Numbered from the stretch's first letter, positions 1 to 8,742 are shown. The stretch is 20,598 nucleotides of DNA from an uncultured archaeon (GCA_964534625.1 CAZHRF010000025.1:17759-38356); one strand, 5' to 3'. Notes: generated from the letters alone by a model not told the origin. Translations and numbers: made by a program.

Positions 1-435
1 ACTACCAGGATTACTACCAGGAGGACTACCGCCACCACTTAAATTTGGAGATGGTATTGATGACCCACTTGTATTTGGAGGACCAGAACTTGGAGGACCA
101 GAACTTGGAGGACCAGAACTTGGAGAGCTATTTCCACCTATATTTAATTTTGGTACATTTCCCCCACTCATAGATGGTCCACTTCTTTCTCCATCCGTAT
201 TTTGTTGTGGCTGACTTATTGGACTACTAGGACTCCTAGGTGTTCCCCCGCCTATTTGCGACTCTACTCTACTTAGTCTTACTTCCATATCATTTATGGT
301 ATCTTCCATGCGTTCAGTAGACTTCACCATTATAATGCCTAGATTCTCAATTAGTCTAGTTAGTTTCATTATAGCTTTTTTTGACGAATCAGAACTGCCA
401 GATAATAAGTCATCTAAGTAATCATCAATTGACAC
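1..435 (-). CDS. Hypothetical protein with N-terminal helical/coiled-coil region and Pro/Ser/Gly-rich disordered region (3' end outside window)
   Basis: Manual translation from GTG at 435 is stop-free to the window edge: MSIDDYLDDLLSGSSDSSKKAIMKLTRLIENLGIIMVKSTERMEDTINDMEVRLSRVESQIGGGTPRSPSSP...SSGPPSSGPPSSGPP...SPPGSNPGS. A TATA-like TTTTATATA lies about 25-35 nt upstream. Not in the ORF track, presumably because it lacks a stop in the window. Confidence 0.85.
   Translation of the reverse strand, partial: MSIDDYLDDLLSGSSDSSKKAIMKLTRLIENLGIIMVKSTERMEDTINDMEVRLSRVESQIGGGTPRSPSSPISQPQQNTDGERSGPSMSGGNVPKLNIGGNSSPSSGPPSSGPPSSGPPNTSGSSIPSPNLSGGGSPPGSNPGS
76..125. repeat. Coding 15-bp tandem repeat (3.3 copies) encoding SSGPP
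   Basis: tggaggaccagaact at 76-90, 91-105 and 106-120, plus a partial tggag. Confidence 0.95.
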
Positions 436-458
436 GATTATCAAGTACACTCGTGATT

Positions 459-470
459 CTATATATAAAA
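459..470 (-). promoter_or_regulatory. Putative archaeal TATA box of the proline-rich gene
   Basis: Minus strand TTTTATATATAG about 25-35 nt upstream of the GTG at 435. Confidence 0.55.
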
Positions 471-527
471 AGTCTATGTTACTAACGAATGAAAGCGCTT
501 AAAATGTCGTTAAACATATTTAGTTGA

Positions 528-632
528 TAAAAAAGTATATTTCAGAAAAGTTTCTCTAAAGCATTAAAAAAGTATATTTCAGAAAAGTTTCTCTAAAGCA
601 TTAAAAAAGTATATTTCAGAAAAGTTTCTCTA
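528..632. repeat. Perfect 37-bp tandem repeat (2.8 copies) covering the ltaE stop codon and downstream T-tract
   Basis: taaaaaagtatatttcagaaaagtttctctaaagcat at 528-564 and 565-601, with a 31-bp partial copy at 602-632; no spacers. Confidence 0.95.
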
Positions 633-1635
633 TTATCTTGCATGTTTCTTTTATTTCTTCTGTTGAGATACCAAAATGTGGAACAAATCGTATCAGAGTG
701 GGACCCATTTGTGTTACTAATACTCCTTCTTTTTGAAGTTTCTTGTACATTATATCTGCTGTAAAATCGGTTTCTTTTATATCAACTATAACTATATTGC
801 TTTCTACAGGTTTTACTTTTACTTTTTCTATCGCTGTGAATGTTTTTTCTATTATTTTTGCATGTTTATGATCCTCATCAAGCCTTTCAATCATATTATT
901 GAGTGCATAAATACCTGGAGATGCAATAATTCCAGCTTGTCTCATTCCCCCTCCTACCATTTTCCGATTTTTCCTTGCCTTCTCTATAAATTCTTCTGTA
1001 CCAACAACCATTGATCCAATAGGACACGCTAATCCTTTACTAAGACAGAATTGTACACTATCTGCTTCTTGCACTAATTTGCTAGGTGACATATTAAGAG
1101 CAACAGACGCATTAAATATTCTTGCTCCATCTACATGTACAGTAGCCTCGTTATCATGAGCCAAGTCAGCTATCTTATCCATATCTGTTTTATCGACAAC
1201 TTTTCCTCCTGCTCTATTATGGGTATTTTCAATACATACAAGTTTAGCTTGAGGATAATGGATATTTTTCGGTCGTTTTAATACCGCTTCAAGTTTATCA
1301 TATTTATACACTCCTTGATTGCCTTCAATCAAGAAAGGATAAGCTCCAGCTATTACGGAAAATCCTGCAACTTCATAGAAATATATGTGGCTCTCAGATT
1401 CCAGAACTATTCCTTCTCCCCTCTGCAGATGAGACATAACTGAAACGAGATTGCCTTGAGTTCCACTACATACGAGTAATCCTGCTTCTTTTCCTAATTT
1501 TTTAGCAGCTAATTCTTCTAATTGATTTACTGTTTCATCTTCACCATACACGTCATCTCCCAATTTCGCTTCTTGTATAGTTTCCATCATTTCTTTTGAT
1601 GGAAGAGTTACAGTATCTGAGCGTAAATCTATCAT
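616..1635 (-). CDS. ltaE: Low-specificity L-threonine aldolase (PLP-dependent)
   Basis: Family motifs IDLRSDTVT, GDDVYGED, SGTQGN, ENTHN, HVDGARIFNA, FCLSKGL (PLP lysine) and GGGMRQAG. Confidence 0.95.
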   Translation of the reverse strand: MIDLRSDTVTLPSKEMMETIQEAKLGDDVYGEDETVNQLEELAAKKLGKEAGLLVCSGTQGNLVSVMSHLQRGEGIVLESESHIYFYEVAGFSVIAGAYPFLIEGNQGVYKYDKLEAVLKRPKNIHYPQAKLVCIENTHNRAGGKVVDKTDMDKIADLAHDNEATVHVDGARIFNASVALNMSPSKLVQEADSVQFCLSKGLACPIGSMVVGTEEFIEKARKNRKMVGGGMRQAGIIASPGIYALNNMIERLDEDHKHAKIIEKTFTAIEKVKVKPVESNIVIVDIKETDFTADIMYKKLQKEGVLVTQMGPTLIRFVPHFGISTEEIKETCKIIEKLF

Positions 1636-1717
1636 TTCAAGATTTATTTTAACCGATTTTTTTTAAACATATCGACGAATCAAATATCTTTGAGAATAAC
1701 AATACCAAATAATCCAA

Positions 1718-1756
1718 GGAAAAAAGAAAGGAAAAAAGATAAATTAATGGAAAAAG
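1718..1756 (-). terminator. Putative oligo-T archaeal terminator after serS
   Basis: Several T5-T6 runs on the minus strand directly after the stop codon at 1761. Confidence 0.4.
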
Positions 1757-1760
1757 ATTT

Positions 1761-3323
1761 CTATCTAAAGACAGGAGTATCGGGTATTTCATCCACATAT
1801 GCGAGGAATTTATCTGGCCAATTCTTTTTGTTCATACCTTTTTGTGCAATAAAAGCTGTAATGAACCGTTCAAATGATCCTCCACCGCATCCAGACCACA
1901 ATTCAGCTCCACCATCTGTTTTTACTGAAAAGCCTTTTGGATATTTTTCTCCAATAATAGAAACATTTTGAATTTCCAACCACTCGCTTTCTTCTCTTGA
2001 TCCTTTATAGGGCATATATGCTTCATAATCAACTGTTCCTACAAATCCTTCTTCTTCAGTTGCTTCTTCCTCTTCCTCTTCCTCTTCTTTAGATGTTTGT
2101 TGGAGCCACCATGGAACAACTTTTGCTTCTCTAAATTCTAATTCTAGTACATCATTGAAAACTTCTCTGAGTTTCTTTCGTGTCTCCACTCCTGCTGTAG
2201 TTGCTTGTTCAGGAGTACCAATAAAGAGTGTTTCGATCCTATGGAGTTCATCAACGCGTTCAAATCCATATGCTGAACCTGATTCATATCTATAGGTTGG
2301 TCCGCTCCAATCAAATATTTTAATTGGTAAACTATCTTTAGCTATTGTTTTTCCTTGTAACCATACCCATAATGGTGGACATTGAGCAAATGACAATCCT
2401 CCCATAGGTGGGTTGACTTTTTCGTACAATTTTTGTTCTGGTATTTGTTTAGCAATGGTAACATAATCAGCTATTTCTTCAAAATATTCTGGAGTCGCTT
2501 CACGAGGTTGGACTACAAAATAAGGTTCAAATCCTCCTTGAAACATAGCCTCTGCATGACCAGACCGTAACCATATCGACCAATCTACCAGTTTGGGAAT
2601 CATCATTTGATGATAGTTTAAAGGTTTATAGAGATAATCGACCATAATTTGTTTAAAGGCTTCCACTAAAACGGTTATTGACGGGGTAAACACCCATTGA
2701 TTCCTATAATTAGTTCTTACGATCCACTCTTTTTCTTCTAATAACCTTGTGGGATTGTCCTGATTAGGGTGGTTTATCTCCCCAGAGTACCATAAAGTTT
2801 TATGATGCTCTTTTTTTGCACCATGGTGTTGTTTACTTATTTTATCTTCCACTAAATTGACTATGCGCTGAATAGCACCTTTTTCAACAAAATCTTCAGG
2901 TATCTCGGGATCAATTTCAATGACTGCTTTTCTTTCTTCTCCTTTTTTGCTGGAGATGAAATCTATTTTTTTTGTGAAAGGTAAAGTAAATTCTTTCATT
3001 GGCAAATACTCTAATTCTCTTTCTATAACATATTTCTCAATTTTAAATCCTCTAAGTCCAATTCGATATGTAGGACCTATTGTTTTTGCCAATTCTTTTC
3101 TTAGTCGTAATATTGCTACATGCGGGTAAATAGTTTCCTCTGTGTCAATAGCAAAAAAAAGCTTATCATCTTTAATTTTCAAGAATGGAAACTCAAAATG
3201 ACCTTGTTCATGTTGTTTGATAATTTTTTCTGCAAAAGTATCAAAGATCTTTTGTATTTCTTCTTCACTTTCTGCGGGTAAATCCTTGCTCAGGTTAAAA
3301 TAAGCTTCTAAATGTAATCTCAT
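1761..3323 (-). CDS. serS: Seryl-tRNA synthetase, methanogen-type (type 2, Zn-dependent)
   Basis: Colinear with Methanosarcina-type SerRS: H.AI.RLRK.LA..IG..Y.IG.RG, MIPKLV.W..W..SGH, AQCPP, RYESG...G.ERVDE.HRIE, WLE.QNVSI.G.KYPKGF, WSGC.G..FER. The Zn ligands Cys/Glu/Cys are retained. ATG at 3323 is preferred over TTG at 3332. Confidence 0.95.
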   Translation of the reverse strand: MRLHLEAYFNLSKDLPAESEEEIQKIFDTFAEKIIKQHEQGHFEFPFLKIKDDKLFFAIDTEETIYPHVAILRLRKELAKTIGPTYRIGLRGFKIEKYVIERELEYLPMKEFTLPFTKKIDFISSKKGEERKAVIEIDPEIPEDFVEKGAIQRIVNLVEDKISKQHHGAKKEHHKTLWYSGEINHPNQDNPTRLLEEKEWIVRTNYRNQWVFTPSITVLVEAFKQIMVDYLYKPLNYHQMMIPKLVDWSIWLRSGHAEAMFQGGFEPYFVVQPREATPEYFEEIADYVTIAKQIPEQKLYEKVNPPMGGLSFAQCPPLWVWLQGKTIAKDSLPIKIFDWSGPTYRYESGSAYGFERVDELHRIETLFIGTPEQATTAGVETRKKLREVFNDVLELEFREAKVVPWWLQQTSKEEEEEEEEATEEEGFVGTVDYEAYMPYKGSREESEWLEIQNVSIIGEKYPKGFSVKTDGGAELWSGCGGGSFERFITAFIAQKGMNKKNWPDKFLAYVDEIPDTPVFR

Positions 3324-3445
3324 GTTCTTCAATTATAGGCTTTAAATGATAAGTTTTTCTTTGGCGAAGTCTTTGGAGAAGTGTTGAACAAAAATCCTTG
3401 AATGATTGAATGACTACCTATTGAAATTGTCCTTTTAATCGGAAA

Positions 3446-3494
3446 TGAAGAGAGGAATTTTAGACGCTACAATCGACATTAACATCCTCCTTCA
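3446..3494 (-). ncRNA. Candidate structured small RNA or hairpin element (copy 1), also carrying a 14-16 codon uORF
   Basis: Stem TGAAG-GAGGA / TCCTC-T-CTTCA with an inner stem. Core AATGTCG-N7-CGTC is shared with 16186-16234. TATA-like sequence lies 20-35 nt upstream on the minus strand. Confidence 0.3.
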
Positions 3495-3514
3495 GAGTTA
3501 AAATAACGACTTAC

Positions 3515-3530
3515 ATATAATTTATATAAT
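3515..3530. promoter_or_regulatory. Putative overlapping divergent TATA boxes
   Basis: atataatttatataat. TTTATATA lies about 24 nt before the ATG at 3552, and TTATAT on the minus strand points toward the 3494 hairpin. Confidence 0.5.
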
Positions 3531-3551
3531 ATTTCTCTTTCATTCAACTTA

Positions 3552-4424
3552 ATGAATGCAGATGGAAAAGTAATAAAACAAGAAACAGATAAAGAATCAA
3601 AGTCTCTTTCACCAGAATTGATTCAATCAGAATCTCATATCAATGTTGATTCAGCTAAAAAATTTATTTGGACAAAAGACAAGATTTTCATGACTATCAT
3701 TTTTGGTATAGTCTTCTTGATCTCTATTGCTTTACTTGTTGTTATAATGCTTGATGATACAATTTTATTTAGACTTACTCGAGATTATTTTATTCTTCCT
3801 TTATTAAAAATAGGGGGATGGATTTTTCTCGCTTTCATAGGTATAATGATTTTAGAAAGTGTTATTGCCCCTATACCTTCTGAATTAGTTCTTTTATCTG
3901 CTGGAATGCTTTTTGATATGTGGTTAGGGGTATTCATAGGGGTGGTAGGGTCTGTTCTTAGTGGCGTCTTTACCTATTTTATTGCCCTTAAAGGTGGGAG
4001 GACAATTGTCGATGCGACAAGTGAAAAAATTAACTTTATAGATAAATTTGTATTCGTAGTTGATAAATGGATTGAAAAATGGGGCATATGGGCGATTATT
4101 GTTGGACGTGCAGTACCTGTAATAATGTTTGATCCTATTTCTTATGGCGCTGGGTTAGCCAATGTCAAATGGAAACCTTATACAATCGCCACCTTTATTG
4201 GTTCCATTCCCCGCGCAATTTTTTATTGCTTTTTGGGGGTACAACTCCTCGATGGTAGACCAGCAGAAGCTATTGAACACTTATCACAAACAGAATTTGA
4301 AGCAGCAGCAAATCAATTTAACACCATATTTTTTGTTATCTTTGGGGTGCTAGTATTGATGCTAATAATAAGTTCAATTCTCACATCTAGAATTAAAGAC
4401 GAAGAAATGCAGAGAAAGATTTGA
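3552..4424 (+). CDS. DedA/TVP38/TMEM64 (VTT, SNARE-associated) family membrane protein
   Basis: Motifs APIPSELVLLSAGMLF, GR..P...FD.ISYGAGL and TFIGSIPR; multiple TM helices. Confidence 0.9.
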   Translation: MNADGKVIKQETDKESKSLSPELIQSESHINVDSAKKFIWTKDKIFMTIIFGIVFLISIALLVVIMLDDTILFRLTRDYFILPLLKIGGWIFLAFIGIMILESVIAPIPSELVLLSAGMLFDMWLGVFIGVVGSVLSGVFTYFIALKGGRTIVDATSEKINFIDKFVFVVDKWIEKWGIWAIIVGRAVPVIMFDPISYGAGLANVKWKPYTIATFIGSIPRAIFYCFLGVQLLDGRPAEAIEHLSQTEFEAAANQFNTIFFVIFGVLVLMLIISSILTSRIKDEEMQRKI

Positions 4425-4543
4425 GACAAAGAATTTAACTTGCTTTCCCCTTTTTCAGTTTTTATTTACATTAAATATATCTAACAAAATACTTCCTAAT
4501 TTTGAAGGTCTACCACAGAATACCTCTTTTCTTGTCACTTATT

Positions 4544-5530
4544 TTAATACCCTTCATTAAGGTCTACAATATTTTTTGGTTCTTTTCCTTTCATGTATCT
4601 TGCAACATTTCTAACTATTTCTTTTGTATTCTCGAACCAGGGCATGTCCGATACCCATGCTCTATGAGCTGTCATTACAATGTTATCTAGCTCATCGAAA
4701 GGGTATTCTGAAGGATAGCAAGGGACAGGTTCTTTTTTTCCACTTGCTCTACTTTTAGGATAATTATACCACACATCAATTCCCGCCCCAGCAATTCTTT
4801 TTTCTTTTAAAGCCTCATATAAGGCCTTTTCATTTATTGTTGCTCCTCTTCCCACATTAACCACATATGCTGTATCTTTCATTATTTCAAAATCTGCAGT
4901 ATTAAGAAAATCCCTAGTCTCATCTGTCAAAGGTAAAGTATTGACAATGAAATCAGCATTTTTCAATGCCTTTCTTTTTTGAGTAGAAAGAAATATTTCG
5001 ACATCCTTCACTTTGCTAGTTGTTTTTTTCACAGCCATGAACTTAACATCAAAAGGCTTACAGAGTTTTTTGATCTCTTGAGCAATCGCTCCATATCCTA
5101 AAAACAATACTTTTTTATTATACAATGTAACTGCTTTGTGTTTATACGGATCCCATAGTCCTTTCCTAAACATTTGATCATTAGCCACAATATTTTTAGC
5201 TATACTTAACATTAGTACAAAGGCATATTCAGCTATAATATCAGCATGTGAATGATTGTTGCATAAGATAATATTATTTTCTTTATAATAAGCTAAATTA
5301 TGCCTATCTATTCCTGTAGCGAAGGTTTGATGAAACTTTAGGCTATTCATTTTTTTTAATTGGTCATCAGATAATCTTCCCCCAATTACTATTTCTGTAT
5401 TTTTGTATGCCCTTTCTTTCTCTTCATCAGTTAAATCATGAAGATAAGATATTTGGGCTTGATCAGGTAAAAACTGTTCAAGTTCTGCTCTCTCTTCTTC
5501 AGAGACTTCAAAGGTAAACAATACGCGCAT
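4544..5530 (-). CDS. D-isomer-specific 2-hydroxyacid dehydrogenase (glyoxylate/hydroxypyruvate reductase-like)
   Basis: Rossmann motif LGYGAIA, LPLTDET, VNVGRG, GAGIDVW, catalytic His in MTAHRA. Confidence 0.92.
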   Translation of the reverse strand: MRVLFTFEVSEEERAELEQFLPDQAQISYLHDLTDEEKERAYKNTEIVIGGRLSDDQLKKMNSLKFHQTFATGIDRHNLAYYKENNIILCNNHSHADIIAEYAFVLMLSIAKNIVANDQMFRKGLWDPYKHKAVTLYNKKVLFLGYGAIAQEIKKLCKPFDVKFMAVKKTTSKVKDVEIFLSTQKRKALKNADFIVNTLPLTDETRDFLNTADFEIMKDTAYVVNVGRGATINEKALYEALKEKRIAGAGIDVWYNYPKSRASGKKEPVPCYPSEYPFDELDNIVMTAHRAWVSDMPWFENTKEIVRNVARYMKGKEPKNIVDLNEGY

Positions 5531-5695
5531 TTTTTATTCGCCAAGAAGAAATAGAGTAATCATTTATAATATTAATCTTCAAACAAATATTAAGAATTAC
5601 CAATTACAACCTTTTAGTGTAATATCTCACCCAATAGACAGCGATAATTCGAAATTGTAGAAAAGATTTATATGATTCCTTAAAAGGATACAATT

Positions 5696-7075
5696 ATGAT
5701 TGGTAGACTTCATAAAGAAAACTTTTCTAAAAGATTGCTTTCTATTGATATAATAAGAGGATTAGCCATTATAGGAATCTTATTTTTTCATCCTCTAGTT
5801 TATGGGGTGTGGCATACTGAAGCAAATGCTCTGTCTATTATTCATCCTTTTGTAGTGGTGGCTTTTTTTCCTATAATTGTCTTGCTTACGTGGGGTGGTG
5901 GCTTTTTATTAATCAGTGGTGTGGTAAATAGTTACAATATTTATCTACGATTGAAAAGAGGATTAACATTTAAAGATGCTAGCTTACCAGTTATTCTTAA
6001 TAGTGCTTTCTTGTTACTCATCTCACCAATTAGAGGGGTCATATTTCATAGAACGCAACCAGCAGTTTTTACTGATGGACATCAATATACGTTTATGAGT
6101 AGTCTGATTGAAAGAGGAGAGCTTATTTTACCTGATGCTGAATTGTTTTTCAAAGCAGGGGGTATTCTACATTCTATAGCTTTTGGAGGTTTTCTATCAG
6201 TAATTCTTCTCTATTTCTTATTTAAAAACGAAGGTATCGATAAAATCAAAAGAAACAGTATCGTTTTACTAATAGTAGCTTTTCTGTGGATGTCAATTTA
6301 TCAACCTATTTCTAATTTAATTGGTCCCTATGGAAATACTTTTTACGCAATGGGGGGTGCATATAGATTTCTTACACTTCTTATCCATATGTTCTTTGGA
6401 CAACAATTGTCTTTCTTCCCCATGGGGATCTATACCGTTTTTGGTATGATCGCAGGATACATGATTGCTTGTAAAATAGAATTCAAATGGATTAAACGAT
6501 ATGGATATGGGCTAGGAAGTCTTTTTCTACTAAGCTTTTTCATTCATATTATTATAGATATTATTATTGATTTCCCTTTAATGAACTTATTAAGTTACTT
6601 GACCTATCCCTTAGAGCTACTATTTTTCAGTCTTGGTTGCATGTTATTATTCTTTCCTGGTTTGGTTAAAAAGATTGAATATGCTTCACAAGAAGAAAAA
6701 ATACGGATCGCAAAAAGAAGTTTATTCATACGCAGATTTGGTGTAGCGACATTAACGCTGTATATCATTGAAGGCACACTTAATACTGTTTTGTCTTCAA
6801 TTTTTCATAAAATATTTGGTCAGCTTAACAATTTTAACCAACCAAATGCTTTCATGACCAATGTCCCAGCTATACTACTGTTTGTTCTTACATATATCGT
6901 TTTTTGGTTCATTTTTGTTTATTTCTGGTCAAAGATTGGATATAAGTTTGGCTTCGAACACTTAGGTATTGTTCTAACAAAGCCTTTTAGAAAAGAAAAG
7001 ACCAATAGGCTTAATCTATACATCCCTGATCATAAACAAAAAAACATTACACCAAATATCGAAGATGAACAATGA
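5696..7075 (+). CDS. Polytopic membrane protein, acyltransferase-like (DUF1624/HGSNAT N-terminal signature)
   Basis: N-terminal R..SIDIIRGLAI..I.F.H, FLLISG, late L.LYI motif; about 10-11 hydrophobic segments. Confidence 0.7.
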   Translation: MIGRLHKENFSKRLLSIDIIRGLAIIGILFFHPLVYGVWHTEANALSIIHPFVVVAFFPIIVLLTWGGGFLLISGVVNSYNIYLRLKRGLTFKDASLPVILNSAFLLLISPIRGVIFHRTQPAVFTDGHQYTFMSSLIERGELILPDAELFFKAGGILHSIAFGGFLSVILLYFLFKNEGIDKIKRNSIVLLIVAFLWMSIYQPISNLIGPYGNTFYAMGGAYRFLTLLIHMFFGQQLSFFPMGIYTVFGMIAGYMIACKIEFKWIKRYGYGLGSLFLLSFFIHIIIDIIIDFPLMNLLSYLTYPLELLFFSLGCMLLFFPGLVKKIEYASQEEKIRIAKRSLFIRRFGVATLTLYIIEGTLNTVLSSIFHKIFGQLNNFNQPNAFMTNVPAILLFVLTYIVFWFIFVYFWSKIGYKFGFEHLGIVLTKPFRKEKTNRLNLYIPDHKQKNITPNIEDEQ

Positions 7076-7191
7076 AAATGATAAGAGTATAAATGTACTT
7101 TTTCTTTTCTCATTTTTTCTCAGTTTCATCATTTAGAAATACAAAATATGAAAAGTTCAGTAACCTAAGAAAAAAGATGTTGAAAGAAAAG

Positions 7192-7203
7192 AAACCTTAA
7201 AAT
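7192..7203 (+). promoter_or_regulatory. Putative BRE/TATA element
   Basis: aaaccttaaaat 26 nt upstream of the ATG at 7230; an identical 12-mer lies at 10578-10589 before aor. Confidence 0.5.
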
Positions 7204-7229
7204 GGCATATATGAAAGGTTTAACTACCC

Positions 7230-7520
7230 ATGTCTTATATTCAAATCCAGCCTTGTAAAAACACAAAGGGTTTTAGTGCTTTACCAGCAGAAAAAATGGA
7301 TCTTGACCTCGAAGAAGTTAGTAAGGCAATTCAAGCAAGTAGTGAATTTAAAGATTTCAAATTACTAAGATTTACAAAAGTCGTCGTGATTTTTTATAAT
7401 GAAAATCTTGACTATAAACTTTCAATATTCCCTTCTGGAAAGGTTCTTATAAAGGGTATTGCAGAGCAAGAAGAATTCAAGGCGTATTTGGATAATTTTA
7501 GAAAGATGATACTAAAATGA
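7230..7520 (+). CDS. Small hypothetical protein, probable single TBP-like fold
   Basis: LDLEEV...(beta strands)...KLSIFPSGKVLIKG...EE resembles one TBP repeat (LIF.SGK.V.TG); N-terminal QPC motif. Confidence 0.65.
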   Translation: MSYIQIQPCKNTKGFSALPAEKMDLDLEEVSKAIQASSEFKDFKLLRFTKVVVIFYNENLDYKLSIFPSGKVLIKGIAEQEEFKAYLDNFRKMILK

Positions 7521-7559
7521 CAAAAAAATGTGTAAGATAAGATGAAAGGAACAATAATC

Positions 7560-8669
7560 TTATACACTATCTTCAACTGACGATATTTGATCATTTTTTT
7601 TGAAATTGCTGATCAAAGAAAAGATGAATAGAATAATTCCCATTACTGGCATTAATAGAAATAGTATAGTCGCAAAAAACAGTGTAAAGACACTTGTAAA
7701 TGCATGTAGAATTGATAAAAGACAGATAGTTATCCAAGAAATAATTAGAATTAAGTAGTTGAAAGTTTTTTTCTCTTGACTGATTTCAATGGAATGTTCT
7801 TTTTCTTCATTGCTTAAATTAAAATCTTTTTCATTTGGGGAAGTTAATTTCAAAAGGACAAAAAACAGAACGAAGGAAAGTACATATAAAGTTACTCCCC
7901 ACACATTAGGTCTTGCTAAATGTGTGTCTAGCAACAACCACATTGGGATATACAATGCTATAATCATATATGCAACTAATGTACTAAATCCTTTTTGTTT
8001 AAGTTCTAGTTGCCTGATATCGAACTGGTAATCCTTTTTTTTGCAAACAAAAAGAGTTATTGATATAACTACAGCGGATCCAATTATTGCTATAAAGACA
8101 GCAAAGAAGTCAAATCCTAAACTTAATGATAGAAATATTGAACCCATAATTGTTAATGATGCAAAAATAAACATATTACGTTTTGTTTTTTTCAACCAGT
8201 TTAAATGTGAAATAAAAATACCTTGTATATCACTTCTCGTATTAATTGACAAAAATTCATATATCAAAATAGGTAAAATAAAAGCGAAGATCGGATGCCA
8301 GAAAAAAATAAGGGTCAAATATTCCAAAATAGCTATACCTCCAGTCCCTCCAATTGATCCAAAAATAGGACCTTCTTCACCCGGATACCCAAACCACAGT
8401 ACGCGGGTTAACAAACCCTCATATAGTCCAAATAGAGCTCCAAACCAATACAATTGCCCAAGACTTGTTCTTTTTGTTTTAATAGCTATATTAAGATAGA
8501 AAAGTGCATGAGTAAGATAGACAGGGAAAGTCACTAACCACCCCCAAGGTTCAAGAAACCAAAAAGGAGAAGATCCAGAATAAACTTCAGCAAAAAAGGT
8601 ACTTAATAAACCTAACAGAAAGATGTTACTGATTTTATGAAACAGAGAGGGTTTGGATTCTTTTTCCAT
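7560..8669 (-). CDS. Hypothetical multi-pass membrane protein
   Basis: 369-aa ORF with about 9-10 hydrophobic helices; no recognised catalytic motif. Confidence 0.8.
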   Translation of the reverse strand: MEKESKPSLFHKISNIFLLGLLSTFFAEVYSGSSPFWFLEPWGWLVTFPVYLTHALFYLNIAIKTKRTSLGQLYWFGALFGLYEGLLTRVLWFGYPGEEGPIFGSIGGTGGIAILEYLTLIFFWHPIFAFILPILIYEFLSINTRSDIQGIFISHLNWLKKTKRNMFIFASLTIMGSIFLSLSLGFDFFAVFIAIIGSAVVISITLFVCKKKDYQFDIRQLELKQKGFSTLVAYMIIALYIPMWLLLDTHLARPNVWGVTLYVLSFVLFFVLLKLTSPNEKDFNLSNEEKEHSIEISQEKKTFNYLILIISWITICLLSILHAFTSVFTLFFATILFLLMPVMGIILFIFSLISNFKKNDQISSVEDSV

Positions 8670-8742
8670 AATTAACGCAACTTAATGATTTAGGATAGTA
8701 TTTAAAGATAATCAAATAATAACTAAAACAAAAAGACGATTA

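Noticed and set aside
528-632. CRISPR array
   Set aside because: The 37-bp units are directly adjacent with no spacers, they overlap a gene end, and no cas genes are present.
3441-3500. Eukaryote-like SECIS element (ATGA...GA around a stem)
   Set aside because: The ATGA is taken up in Watson-Crick pairing and the 3' GA is out of register for a GA/GA quartet. No in-frame TGA selenoprotein candidate is nearby.
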